A program made the translations under genes and the position numbers. From NCBI RefSeq assembly GCF_018350175.1, contig NC_058368.1, forward strand, positions 173,230,001-173,294,000: 64,000 nt of DNA, written 5' to 3'. Below the pieces are notes generated by a model. It was not told where the DNA came from, made no database searches, and worked only from the letters and a program-made list of their open reading frames with translations. How positions within the stretch are numbered: the first letter of the stretch is position 1; every line of letters begins with the position of its first letter. Positions 24,561 through 37,684 of this stretch are shown here, in pieces. Origin of the DNA: Felis catus (Eukaryota).

Positions 24561-25126
24561 GGGGCACCTGGCTGGCTCAGTTGACAGAGCATGTGACTCT
24601 TGATCTTGGGAATGTGAGTTGAAGCCCTATGTTGGGTGTAGAGAAAAGTAAAATCTTTTTTTTTTAAGTTTATTTACTTTGAGAGAGAGGAAGAGAGTAT
24701 GAGTCGGGGAGGGGCAGAGAGAGAGAGAGGGAGAGAGAGAATCCTAAGCAGGCTCTGTGCCATCAACACAGAGCCTGACGTGGGGCTTGAACTCACAAAC
24801 TGTGAGAGCATCACATTAGCTGAAACCAAGAACCAGACACTTAACCAACTGAGCCACCCAGGTGTCCCCCCAAATAAAATCTTTTAGTCAAACAAGCAAG
24901 TGGGGCACCTGGGTAGCTCAGTTAGTTGAGCATCCGACTTCTGCTTAGGTCATGATCTCACGGCATGTGAGTTTGAGCCCCATGTTGGGCTCTGTGCTGA
25001 CAGCTCAGAGTCTGGAGCCTGCTTTGGATTCTGTGTCTCCCTCTCTCTCTGCTCACCCCCACTCGCATTCTGTGTGTGTGTGTGTCTCTCTCTCTCTGTC
25101 TCTCAAAAATAATAAACATTTAAAAA
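24561..25126. mobile_element. SINE cluster: old + SINE (24561) with a nested - SINE (24656-24870), then a + SINE (24902-25126)
   Basis: Three SINE heads; TSD taaaatctttt around the nested copy and aaacaagcaagtgg around the last. Confidence 0.88.
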
Positions 25127-27474
25127 CAAGCAAGTGGCATGAGTCTTACATAAATTGTCTGAATTTCTGTTTAGAGTTATTTCTTTAAACTAGGATTACT
25201 AAAAGTGGAATTACTGAATTATATCTACAGAGTTTTAAGATTGCTTTCTAGAAAGGTTTTAGTCATTTAAATTTTCTCCAGTAGAATATGAAACTATTCC
25301 TTTTACCACACTATTCCAAATACTGAGGAATATTCGTTTTCTTTTTCTTTTTTTTTTAATACAGATCATGACATATATGATACGTAAATAATAGCATTTC
25401 ACTGTACTTTATTTATATTTCTTCAATTAGTAATAAAGTTAAATTTTTTTCTTTTTTTAAAATTCTTTAAAATTTAAATTCTTCTTTGAAGAATTGTTCT
25501 CTGAACTTTGCCCAAGTATCTTTTGGGTTCTTAGTATTTTTCTTATCCATTTATAGAAGTTATTTATAAATGATTTGCCTTTTGCTTTGAAGGTGCTTTC
25601 CAGGTTTTTTCTACCCATCCATCAGTTTTCACCAGGTTTCCAGATTTATGCAGCCTGAGACACCAACTTCTTGGTGTGAACACTGTCAAAGCTTTTATTT
25701 CTTGAAGAAGAGTGCTGATTCTGTAGAAGGATCTAATTCGTGTGAATAGAAGTAGCACTGATAGGGGGAAAAGAGTATTGGAATCCATGCAGAATTAAGG
25801 GGGGTGGGCATTAAGGAGAAAGGATAAAGACTTTATTGCTATTGATGGTGGCAGGAAGAAGCTAAGTAGAAGGTGGCGGCCTGGAATTGGAGTCACTAGG
25901 AGCCAGATATCCAAAATGGCATACTATTTAAAGTAGATTCCTCTTTGAGAACTTGAGTCCAGAACTCTTTGACATTTTCTGAGTGGCCACCATCTTATTT
26001 GAATGTCTACTGACATAGCTACTGATGAACTCCTAGACCAATATCTACCTCTACCCCAGACTTAAAGGTTGCACTGTATGTAACCCTTCTCCTCTTGTAT
26101 TAAGTATTAATAATGTAGCAGCGGTGTGCCTCTCACTTCCCCTCCCCTCACATCTTGGTTGTCTTCTGACAACTTCTCTTCATCCTTTCTGTGGGACATT
26201 GCCTCATATCAGCTCCGCTGTGATGCATTAATAAGTTGCTGTATGGTTTAGCATGTGAAATGGATGTCTGACTGCAGTCTCTGTCTGCTTGAGTCCTTAG
26301 TGCCTTCATTCTTCTCATCTTATTCCTCTTAACATTGGCTTTGTCTTTGCTTCAGTTACCCCTACTCTTTGTGCCTCACTGCTAAAGAGCCAGACCTCAG
26401 GATTTCTTTCAGCAGTGTTCTGCCAGATGTGCTTATTCTTTCCTGAAAAATAAAATAGCTCTTAACACCTGAGTTAATATCCAAAGCATTATGTGTTGAA
26501 GGAATATTATCAGCTAAAACCCACTTCAGAGAAGTTCTCTCACTTCGTGATCTAGTCACACTTTTTAACTTGGGCATTTAGAACATTTTAAGAAGGAAGT
26601 TCAGGGAATTAATATTAGATCAGTCATCTCCTTTAAATCTATTTTAGAGCCACAGGCAGGACTTTAGTTACCTCAGAGGATAAATGTTATTGTTATCGTC
26701 ATTTTATTCATGAGGAAACTGGCTTCAGAGAGGGCAGCATCAGATAGTTAATAAGCAGTAGATCCAGGGCCTAAGCCCAGGTTGGCCTGACTCAAGAGCT
26801 AGCATTCTTCATTGCTACAGGTTCATTCTGCCTTCCCATGTATGGAGACAGGAATACACAAAGTTTGAGGAGAACATGGAAGCCTCAGTCAGTTTTAAGA
26901 GGACAGAGTACTAGAATCCTTCATCCCTGAATGCAAACATGAAATCTGATCTCATCAGAATTGACCTTGTCAGCTTTTAAATTACCTGGGAGAAACAGTT
27001 TGATGGATTCAGACTATTTCCTAGTGAACTGAGTTGATATGACATAAGTCACCTCTGTAAAAGCGTGTGTGTAAAATGAAAGGATCAGATGAACTATCAG
27101 AATTACTTCTGGTGGTGGCTGTAGAAATTGTCCATTCACAGACTGACTTATTACTAAGGAGTCTAAGGGCATAATATAAAGGAAACACTTGATAGCAAGA
27201 TAATATTTTTCCATTAAGTAAAAGGATTTAATGTGCCAGGTCTTTACAAATCATACCTAATATGAACCAATAAGAGCTACCGTTTATGAGCACCTGTTAT
27301 ATATCTGGAACTGTGCTTTTTGTATAATAAGCTTTTGAAGCAGGTATTATTCCACTTTTATAGAAGAGGAAACTGAGGCTTCACAGGAAAATAATTTTCC
27401 CAGTATCACATTCCTAGAAAGTGGCAGGAGCTGGCATATATACAAGCAGCTTAAATTAAAAAACTCATACTCCG

Positions 27475-27960
27475 GGGGCGGGGGGGTGGGGGTGGGGCCT
27501 GTGTGGCTCAGTTAATTAAGCTTCCCACTCTTGATTTCAGGTCAGGTCATGAACTCACGGTTTGTGAGTTTGAGCCCCGCATCAGGCTCTGTGCTGGCAG
27601 TGTAGAGCCTGCTTGGGATTCTCTGACCCTCCCCCCTCCCTCCCCCTGTTTCTCTCTCTCACAATAAATAAATTTTTTAAAAAAGTCAAAAAAACCTCAT
27701 ACTCCAAAGAATCATCCAGGAATGTTCAGATTAAAAAAAAAAAAAAAACAAGAACGGGGCACCTGGGTGGCCCAGTTGGTTAAGCATCCGACTCTTGGTT
27801 TCAGCTCAGGTCGTGATCTCACGGTTTCATAAGTTAGAGCCCCACATTGGGCTCCAAGCTGACAGTGCAGAGCCTGCTTGGGATTCTCTGCCTCCCACTC
27901 TCTCTGTCCCTCCCCCACTTGCTCTGTGTCTCTCAAAATAAATAAACTTTAAAAAAAATT
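27475..27960 (+). mobile_element. Two sense CAN-SINEs (27475-27685, 27757-27960)
   Basis: SINE consensus; TSD aaaaa(c)ctcatactcc for the first. Confidence 0.9.
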
Positions 27961-28162
27961 ATTAAAAAAAACAAATTTCAGAATACTAAATTTTACATGA
28001 TAGTCAATATATTGTTTTAAGAATTTATGGTAAAACTGTGTGTTTGTATAATAACAAATTATATAATTGTGACAATAAAGGCTTCTTGGTGGAGATGGGT
28101 GGAGGCAGACTATGGGATCAGGAAGAAGCACACAGATAATCAATTTTGAGAATAGTGTAGTG

Positions 28163-28850
28163 TTTTGTTTTTTTAAAAATTTTTTTAACATTTATTTATT
28201 ATTGAGAGACAGAGAGACACAGAGCATTAGCAGGGGAGTGATAGAGAGAGGGGAGACACAGAATCTGAAGCAGGCTCCAGGCTCTGAGCTGTCAGCACAG
28301 AGCCTGACGTGGGGCTCGAACTCATGAACTGTGAGATCATGACCTGAGCTGAAGTCAGTCGCCCAACCGACTGAGCCACCCAAGCGCCCCGAGAATAGTG
28401 TAGTTTTTAAGTTGGATGATTGGTTTGGATATATATATTTTTTGTACATATTATAAACATTTTAAAGAGCTTGTATGTTTCTGTTACGCTTCTTGTTATT
28501 CATTTCACTCCTATAGGAACCTTGATAAAGCAGCTACTAGTAAAATTCAGAGAAGTTCAGTTTTTTCTCTATATGAAACTCATTTAGCATTACCTTAATT
28601 TAGGCTCTGATGACAAGATGTAACCACTGGATATACTTGCCATTAATAATTCTTGTGTTTTTTTAAATGTTTATTTTTGAGAGAGAGTGTGCACACAAGT
28701 GGGGGAGGGGCAGAGAGAGAGGGAGACAGAGGATCTGAAGCAGTCTCTGTGTTGACAGCAGAGCCCAGTGCAGGGCTTGAACTTGTGAACTGTGAGATCA
28801 TGACCCGAGCTGAAGTTGGACACTTAACTGACTGAGCCACCCAGGTGCTC
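28163..28850 (-). mobile_element. Two antisense CAN-SINEs (28163-28390, 28658-28850)
   Basis: TSD gagaatagtgtagt for the first and ccattaatRattctt for the second. Confidence 0.9.
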
Positions 28851-29216
28851 CCTCCCATTAATGATTCTTTAGAGAGAAGGCTCTTAGGTTTTTTCCTAGG
28901 TTCTTTATATCTATGCTTTCATACCAGTTTTTTCAGAAGACAATGGCCAGTTTAATTTTGATTATTGTCTTGCAAAAGAACTTCTTGTGATTGTTTTAAA
29001 TACAAACATATAAAATTCAAACATAAAAATTGAGAGAATAGTAGTACTTTGAACCCCAGGGTATGCCACTTGTTCATCAGCTCATGGTCACTGGTGTTCT
29101 ATCTATATTCCATCCATAACCTCCTCTCCTCAGATTATTTCAAATCAGATCCCAGATATCATTTCATTATAATACTAGTTATTCTTGAAAGAGAAGATCT
29201 CTTTAAAAGAAAAACT

Positions 29217-29392
29217 GGGGCACCTGGGTGGCTCATTCGGTTGAGCGTCCAGGTTTTGATATCCACTCAGGTCATGATCTCGTTGGTGGGATCAAGCCCC
29301 AGGTCGGGCTTTGCTCTGGTGGCCTGGGAGCCTGCTTGGAATTCTCTCTCTCTCTCTGCCCCTCTCCCGTGCATGCCCCCCTCCCCTTTCTA

Positions 29393-29427
<35 letters not shown>

Positions 29428-29465
29428 ACAAACAAACAAACAAACAAATAAATAAATAAATAAAT
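29217..29465 (+). mobile_element. CAN-SINE with (AAAT)n(AAAC)n(AAAT)n tail
   Basis: SINE head; tetranucleotide tail at 29394-29464. Confidence 0.92.
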
Positions 29466-29603
29466 GTAAAAGAAAAAACCAATCTAAGCATTATGTTATA
29501 CCTAAAAAATTAATATCATCAAATATTTGGTGAATTCAAATGTCCCTTAGTCTCCTGATTGTTTGAAATCAGAGTTTAACAAGGTTTACACATTGTAGGG
29601 AGT

Positions 29604-30231
29604 TTTTTTCGTAATTGTTTATATTGAGAGAGAGAGAGAGCATGCAAACAGGGGAGGGGCAGAGAGAGAGGGAGAGAGAGAAGCCCAAGCAGGCCCCACG
29701 CTCAGCTCAGAGCCTGACTTGAAGCTCGATCCCACCACTGTGAGATTGCAACCTGAGCCGATATCAAGAGTAGGTTGCTTAACTGACTGATCCACCCAGG
29801 CGCCCTGTAGAAAGTTTTTGATGCTAATATCTTAGGCTTTCTTAATTTATGGGGAGATTCACATCCCCAAAATGTTCCTTTTTAAGACTTAAACACTCAG
29901 GATTTATATTCATAAGCTTAGTATTGTTATTCACAGTAACTGTGTCACAGCCATTTTTACTCCTTCCACAGCATCTTAACAGTGTTATGCAGGTAGGCCC
30001 TCTGAAAATGTACTTTTTTTTTTTTTTTTAACATTTATTTATTTTTGAGACAGAGAGAGACAGAGCGTGAACGGGGGAGGGTCAGAGAGAGAGGGAGACA
30101 CAGAATCTGAAACAGGCTCCAGGCTCTGAGCAGTCAGCACAGAGCCCGACACGGGGCTCGAACCCACATACCGCGAGATCGTGACCTGAGCCGAAGTCGG
30201 ACGCTTAACCAACTGAGCCACCCAGGTGCCC
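29604..30231 (-). mobile_element. Two antisense CAN-SINEs (29604-29805, 30013-30231)
   Basis: SINE consensus; TSD aaaatgtact for the second. Confidence 0.9.
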
Positions 30232-30249
30232 AAAAATGTACTCTTTAAA

Positions 30250-30468
30250 GCCAAAGTTGAGAACCTTCTTAAAGGGACAGAAAGTAAATATGGCTATGCA
30301 GGCCATATGGTCTCTGTCACAACTTCCCAGATCTCTGTCACAGCTACACAACTGTACTATTATAGCATGGAAGAAACCATAGACAATACATAAATGAATT
30401 AGGTGGCTGTGTTCCAGTAAAAGTTTATTTATAAAAATAGGTGGTCAGCCTGTAATTCGCTTATCCTT
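30250..30468. mobile_element. MER58-like hAT MITE
   Basis: gcaggccatatggtctctgtcacaact...gtggctgtgttccagtaaaagtttatttataaaaatagg. Confidence 0.7.
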
Positions 30469-30884
30469 GTTCTACAGCATTAGTTTTTCAGAATGTGTTC
30501 TACAGATCACTAGGTTCTGTGAAGGTGTGTAAAGGGTATGGCGGCCAGGACTAGTATTGGTATAACAGTCTACCTTTACCACCACCCCATCTGGAACTCT
30601 GCTTGTATGGATTTTTATATATTGGGTTTCAAATGAGATTTTATTTAAAAACAGGATTCTCTTGTTTAGAATAAAAAAATGTTGAAGTTCATGGGTGTAT
30701 AACATTCCTAGTCTTTATAGCAGTGACTCCTATTATTGCTTTGTGTGAGGCACCATGCACTTATGTATTTATACTTACCCTTATCCCGTCTGATCTTTGC
30801 AGCAACCTTAAAATTACATTCTGTCATCACCAAAGAGAAGTAAGTAACTTTGTCAAAATCTCTAAGCTAGTAAATTGGATTGCT

Positions 30885-33400
30885 TGACTTTTTATTACTG
30901 AAGACAGGAGTTCTCTGTATGTCCTGAATACTAGTCATTTGTCAAATATATGTTGTACAGATAATTTCTTGTAGTCTGTGACTGCCTGTTTTCCTAATGG
31001 TGTCTTGATGAGCAGAAGTTTTAAGATGAAGTTTAATTTATTATTTTTTTTCCTTTATAGTTGCTATTTTCTCTTTAGGTTTATAATGCATCTTGAATTG
31101 ATTTTTTTGGAAGGTGTGAGGTAAGGGTTGAGGTTTATTTCTTCCATATGGATATCTAGTTATTCCAGCACCATTTATAGAAAAAAATTCTCTTTCTCAA
31201 TGGATTACTTTGGTGCCTTTGCAGAAAAATTAAATGACTATATATAGGTCATGGTTCTCTGTTATAGTTCCTTGATCTGTTTATCTTTATGCCATTGATG
31301 CAAATATCTTAATTACAGTAGCTTCATAGTAAGTCTTGAAATCAGGTAGCAAAAATTCCCTTTGTTCTTTTTTAAGATTGCTGGATATTATAGTCTTGCA
31401 TTTCTGTATAAATTTTGCAGTCAACTTATTAAGTATATTCTATAGTTTTCAACTTTATCTCTGTTAATATTTTTCTTGAAGTATATTTTATCTGATAGAA
31501 CAATTAAACATAGTTTTAGCCATTTCAGCTCTTTTACATCACTGTTTGCCTAGTATATCTTTTTCCATTCATTTACTTTGAACATACTTGTATTTGTATT
31601 TATGTATTTATTTTATTTATTTTTACATTTGTTTTAATGTTTATTTTTGAGAGAGCATGAGCATGAGCGGGGGAGGAGCAGAGGGAGAGGGGGACAAAGG
31701 ATCTGAAGTGGGCTCTGCAATGACAGCAGAGAGCCCAATGCGGGGCTTGAACCCACAACAGTGAGATAATGACCTGAGCTGAAGTCAGACCCTTAACCAA
31801 CTGAGCTGCCCAGGTGCCCCTGTATTTTTATTTTTTAAACGAGTCTTCTTGTAGACAGCATACTGTTAGGTCATGCTTTTTATCCATTCTGACAATCTCT
31901 ATTATTTTTTTTCATTCCCCCCCCATCTCTAATATTTAATTGGAAAATTTAGTTAGTTGACATTTAAAATTTAATCATTGATGTGGTTAGATTTAGGTCT
32001 ACCATTTTATTGTTTTGCTGTTGTTTTTTGGTTTATCTCTTTTGTTTTTATCCTGTTTTTTTTTTCTTTCCTATCTTTTGATTATTTGAATATGTTAATA
32101 GAATTTTTTTTTAAAGCTATACCTCTTTGTATTTTTAGTGGCTGCTCTGGCTTTTCACAGTCTACTTAGAGTTAATACCACTTAACAAAAAAGTAGAAAT
32201 CTTGTAACTGTATAGGTTCATTTACTATTCTTCCTTTTTTTAAATGCTATAGTTGTCAAATGTCACATGTATATATTTATGTATTATAGGCCTCATAAAA
32301 CAATGCCAAAGGTTTTGCTTTAAACAGCCCTGTATATTTAAAAGCAATTAAGAGAAAATAGACTTTTGTATTTATCAGATGTTAATCATTTCCGATATTC
32401 TTCTCTTCTTCCTGATTATCTGAGTCTATAGTATATCATCACCTTCAGCTTCAAGAATTGTCTTTAGTATTTCTTATAGTGTAGGTCTAATTGTAACCAA
32501 CTTACTTTAGCATGTTATTATCTGAATGTCTTGATTTCACCATCATTCTTGAAGGATATTTTTTCTGAATATAGAATTTGGGCTGATAGGTGTCCCCCCA
32601 CCCCGCCAGCATTTCTGTTTAAAATTTTTCTTAATGTTTATTTATTTTTGAGACAGAGCATGGGAGGAGCAGAGAGAGAGGGAGACACAGAATCTGAAGC
32701 AGGCTCCAGGCTCTGAGCTGTCAGCACAGAGCCCAATGTGGGGCTCGAACCCACAAACCTTGAGATCATGACATGAGCCAAAGTCGGATGCTCAACCGAC
32801 TGAACCACCCAGGACTTTTAAAAAAACATTTTATTTATTTATTTGAGAGAGAGAGAGTGTGCTCAGGTACATGATCAGAGGGGAGAGAGAGAATCTTAAG
32901 CAGGCTCCATGCTCAGCACAGAGCCTGATGCGGGGCTTGATCTCACAACCTTGGGATCATGACCTGAGCAGAAATTAAGAGTCAGACACTTAACTGACTG
33001 AACCACCCAGGCACCTCTCCCCCAGCACTTTAAAGATTTTATTCCACTTTCTTCTGGCCTCAGTAATCTGTGATCATTCAAGTTGTACCCTTGTAAATTG
33101 AAAACATTACATTTGCCTCATCCTCTTTATATGTTAAGTAATCTTGAATTTTATCTTACATATTGTGAATGTTATATTGTGGATATTCTAGAGTCTATTT
33201 TATTTCTCAAAGTATTATTTGTTTCATTAGTTAACTGGGTTGGAATCAAACTGCACATTCTTATTTAGGGAGGCAGTTCAAATCTTAATTTAGTTCTTTT
33301 ATCCTTAACTGGAGTTTCTGTATAGTACATGAGTAGTTCTGGAGTCATAGACCTGGGCAGAGTTTATTCACAGACTGTGGGTCTTCTCTTTTCTGGTTTT
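30885..33400 (-). mobile_element. Ancient L1M fragments with three inserted antisense CAN-SINEs (about 31625-31820, 32625-32812, 32830-33015)
   Basis: L1 ORF2-like antisense text (gatatctagttattccagcaccatt; agtaagtcttgaaatcagg; tcttgtagacagcata) plus SINE consensus. Confidence 0.75.
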
Positions 33401-33518
33401 TCCTCTCAGAATATTCCTCAGTTTGGATTTGTCTGATGTTTTCTTGTGATTAGATTTAGGTTTAACATTTGTGGCAAGAATATAACAAAGGGAATGTTGT
33501 ATTCTTCTAAATGCATCA

Positions 33519-33852
33519 TGTCTTAGTCAGTTTGGGCTGCTCTAACAAAGTACCACAGACTGGGTAGCTTATAGACAACAGAAATTTATTTGTCACGGTT
33601 CTGTAAGCTAGAAGTCTGAGATCAGGGTGCTGGCATGGTTTGCATTTTGGTGAGAGCCTTATTCTGAGTTGCAGCCTGCTGACTTTTTGTTATGTCTCAC
33701 GTGATGGAAGGAGAGAGCTCTGGTTTCGTCAGGCCCTTAGAATGGCACTAATCCCATTCATGAAGCCTCCACTCTCATGAGCTAATTACCACCCAAGGGC
33801 TAGGATTTCAACATATGAATTATTGGGGGACACAAACATTCAGTCCATAGGA
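33519..33852. mobile_element. MLT1A/B-like solo LTR (ERVL-MaLR)
   Basis: tgtcttagtcagtttgggctgctctaacaaagtaccacagactggg...ggggacacaaacattcagtccata. Confidence 0.85.
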
Positions 33853-34997
33853 TATCACATGAAGGGGCAAATGATTATCAGTTTGTACTATTGGCATTGT
33901 TAAATTTGATTTTCTGTCTAAGGTGGTGTCTACCAAATTTCCTTTTGTAAAGGTACCCTTCCCTTTTTTTTTGTGGTCAGTATGTCATCTATGGGGTAAT
34001 ACTTTGAGGCTATGTGAATATCCTGTTCCCAAGTAGGCATTTACCCATGGTTTTAGCATCAGTTGGTGATTCTTGCTTAAATTAATTATTACTACAGCAG
34101 TAAGTGGTGATTTTTTTCTTTTCTTCCATTCTTCTACATTGATTAGCTGACATTCTTCTGTAAAGAGAAATTTTCTCTCCTTATCCCTTGTTAGTATTTT
34201 TTTTTAATGTGGAATGAACTCATGGATTCATTGTTTGTTTGTTTAAGATTTTTTATTTTTAAGTAATCTCTACACCTGTTGTGGGGCTTGAACTCACACC
34301 CCCAAGATCAAGAGTCACACACTTCTCTGACTGAAGCCAGCCAGGTGCCCCTGATTCATTTTTAAAATTTAATGTGTTGTAATTCATTCTTCCCAGTAAT
34401 TTTGTTGTTCAAATTGTTCCAAATTTGGCCAATGGAAATCCCTTCAGGTTTTCTTCTGTAACCTCTGGGAATGTGCCCATCAATTTTTTGAGCACTGTCT
34501 TTTTACTATAAGAGAGTATGGGGTTACCATGACTTTTCCTGTTCACCCCTGGAATTTGCCATTTATCTAAGGGCTCTGCTCCTAATCATTAGGCTGTTTG
34601 GCCTTCTGACAATTTTTATTTTTAAGCATTATATATTTATTGTAGAAGGTTTTAGGAAAATTTATTCAGAAAAAATTCATCCATGACCCAGCCCAATCCA
34701 AACCACTGCTATAGCTTGATATGTATCATATATCCTTTTTTTTTTTTTTAACATAGCTTTTGCCAGCAGGTCTTATGTTAAGCCTATTTTTTATTTTCAT
34801 TGTTTAACCGTATAATGAATCTGTTTTCTAGCTTCAGCAGTTATCAATATGACAAATCTTTTTTCACTTATAATACACCTCCTATCCACCCCCAACCAGG
34901 TTTTGGGGAGGCAGTTTTCAGGTATAACATATTGTCTATACATACTTTAATATGTATCTCTAAAAGATAAAGGCTATTAAAAAAAAATACAGACACT

Positions 34998-35470
34998 GGG
35001 GGCACCTGGGTGGTTCAGTTGGTTGAGTGTCCTACTTTGGCTCAGGTCATGATCTTACAGCTCATGAGTTTGAGCCCCACATCGGGCTCTGTGCTGACAG
35101 CTCAGAGCCTGGAGCCTACTTTGGATTCTGTGTCTCCCGTCTCTCTCTGCCCCTCCCCCGCTGGTTCTCTCTCTCTCTCTCTCTCTCTGTCTCTGTCTCT
35201 CTGACTCTGTCTCTCTCTCTCTCAAAACTAAACATTAAGGGGTGCCTCATGGTTCAGTTAGTTAAGCATCTGACTTTGGCTTAGGTCATGATCTTAAGGT
35301 TCCTGGGTTCTAGCCCCATGTCGGGCTCTATGCTGACAGCTTGGAGCCTGGAGCCTTATTTGGATTCTGTGTCTCTCCCTCTCTGTGCCTCCCCACTGCT
35401 TATGCTCTGTGTCTCTCTCAAAAATAAATAAACGTTAAGAAAAATAAACATTAAAATAAATAAATAAATA
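34998..35470 (+). mobile_element. Two tandem sense CAN-SINEs (second inserted in the tail of the first)
   Basis: Heads at 34998 and 35238; aaacattaa duplicated around the second. Confidence 0.9.
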
Positions 35471-35724
35471 ATATAGACACAGTACCATTATTATATCAGT
35501 CAGCATCTCTCTTTCCCTAATTACCTCATAATTTTTTTAAATGGCTTGTTCAAATCAGGATCCAAACAAGTTGCACACATTTACATTTGGTTGATGTCAT
35601 TCAAGTCTCTTTTAATCTCAGTTATCCGCCTATCTCTATTTTCTTGACAGTTTATTTGTTAAAGAGACTGGCTTTTTGTCTTTCAGTATTCCTTTTGTGG
35701 ATTTTGCTGATTGTGTCCCTGTTC

Positions 35725-36117
35725 TTTTTTTTTTTAATGTTTATTTATTTATAATTTTTTTTAATGTTTATTCATTTCCTGAGAGAGGGAGAGAGCGTGA
35801 GCGAGTGCAATCAGGGGAGGGGCAGAGAGACAGAGAGAGACACAGGCTCCAGGCTTTGAGCTGTTGGCACAGAGCCCCACACGGGGCTTAACCGACTGAG
35901 CAGCCCAGGTGCCCCTAATGTTTGTTTATTTTTGAGAGAGAGAGAGAGAGAGAAAGAGCATGAACAGAGGAGGGGCAGAGAGAGGGAGACAGAGGATCCC
36001 AAGCAGGCTCCATGCTGACAGCATTGAGCCTGACGGCAGGACCCAAACCCACAAACCACGAGATCATGACCTGAGCTGAAGTCAAACGCCCAACTGACTG
36101 AGCCATACAGGCACCCC
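35725..36117 (-). mobile_element. Two tandem antisense CAN-SINEs (nested)
   Basis: Heads ending near 35915 and 36117; taatgtttRtttattt duplicated. Confidence 0.9.
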
Positions 36118-37684
36118 TTCCTGTTCTATCTTTAACATGTTATTCTGTTCTAGACAATAATTTCTGGAAACTTAATAGTTAGATTTGAGGTTTTATCAGG
36201 TTCAGTTTGTGGGGTTTTTTTGTTGTTTTTTTTAAAGAGTGCTTTATAAGTGGTATTGTATATTTCATATTGCATCAGTTTGGGAGGCACATACTATCTG
36301 ATTATCTTACTTTTATGATTCAGTTGATCAGTAGGATCAGCCTAATCCATTCATTAGAAAGCCTCTAGCTTTCAACTGATGGTCATTGATGACCATTGCC
36401 TGATCTGTTATTTCATCAGGGGTGTCTCCTAATATTTATTTAAACAGTTTTTTTTTTTAAGTTATAAAGTGGTATATATGCTCACTGAAAAAAAAAATGG
36501 CAACATGGAAAAATAATTACTCCCCCTTCCCGCTTTACATTTAATGTTTTGGTATATTTCTTTTCCGTCTTTTTTTTTTTTTTTTAATTCCTGCATAGTA
36601 TTTCATCTTGTGTTTGAACATTAGGTTGTTTAAATTTTTCATTGTTATAAATAATGCTTTGATAAGATATCTTTGTCTTATGATCTTGTTTAAAATCAGA
36701 TGATTTCTTCAGAATAGATTGCCAAGGTATAATTCATGGGTCAGTAGATATGAATTATTTTACAATCCTAGATATATATTGTCAAATTGCTTAAATAAAA
36801 ATTCTAGCTGTTAAAGAAAAAATTGAACTATAAATATTATACCCAAGTGCTAGTAGGAACTAGACAAGTGACTGTTTTTCTAAGACCTCTAAGTTATTCA
36901 GTACCTCATAGATTGAGAAATTTTGCTCATAGAAATATAGTGGTGGTAGACCCTTTATTTCTGTATCTTAAGTAGGATTGTGTGGCTTATGGATTTTCCT
37001 CAGTATTTACTCTTGCCTTTAGCTTCAGGGTGGGGGGTCACTGCTAAGAATATTTTTATATGAGTACTTTTGTCTTTATATGGATAGGTATTATGCAAGC
37101 CATGCTGACACTTCAGATGCAGGGGGTAACTATAGCAGTATTGAAGGTTAGGGTCAATAGCTCAACATTAAGTGTACTTCTTGAAAGCAAGCTTGTCTCT
37201 AAACTGGAAAGGAAATTGCTGCAACTTGAATAGGGACAGGGGGCCTCTGTGGCTTCTCTGAAGCAAAGAAGACAGTTTGGTATTGTGGTACTGGCTTTGG
37301 AGTCTAACAGACTTGGAATCATATCCAACACCAGGTATTTACAGAATTGAGGTCTCTGAGTCTTTATTTTGCTCATCTGTAAATAGGACTCAGTGATGCC
37401 TGCCTGTTTTAGGTTTTTTTATACTTAGGAAGTGTTAACATAATCATTAGGGTTTTTGAGTTAGATGCTATCTGTAGTAGAATAAAATTATCAAGTCTAG
37501 AACCTGAGAAGACAACAAGAATTTATTTATTGATTGGACTGAGGTAGATAGGGCTTTTCTGCTTCAAGTGTTATTTTGGGTCAGGCCTAAGAGACCTTTT
37601 CATCTAAGTTATAAAGATATGCTATTGTTCTTAAAGCCAAGAAAATACTCTGGCAAACTTGTGAATAAGAAACTATCTTGCCAA

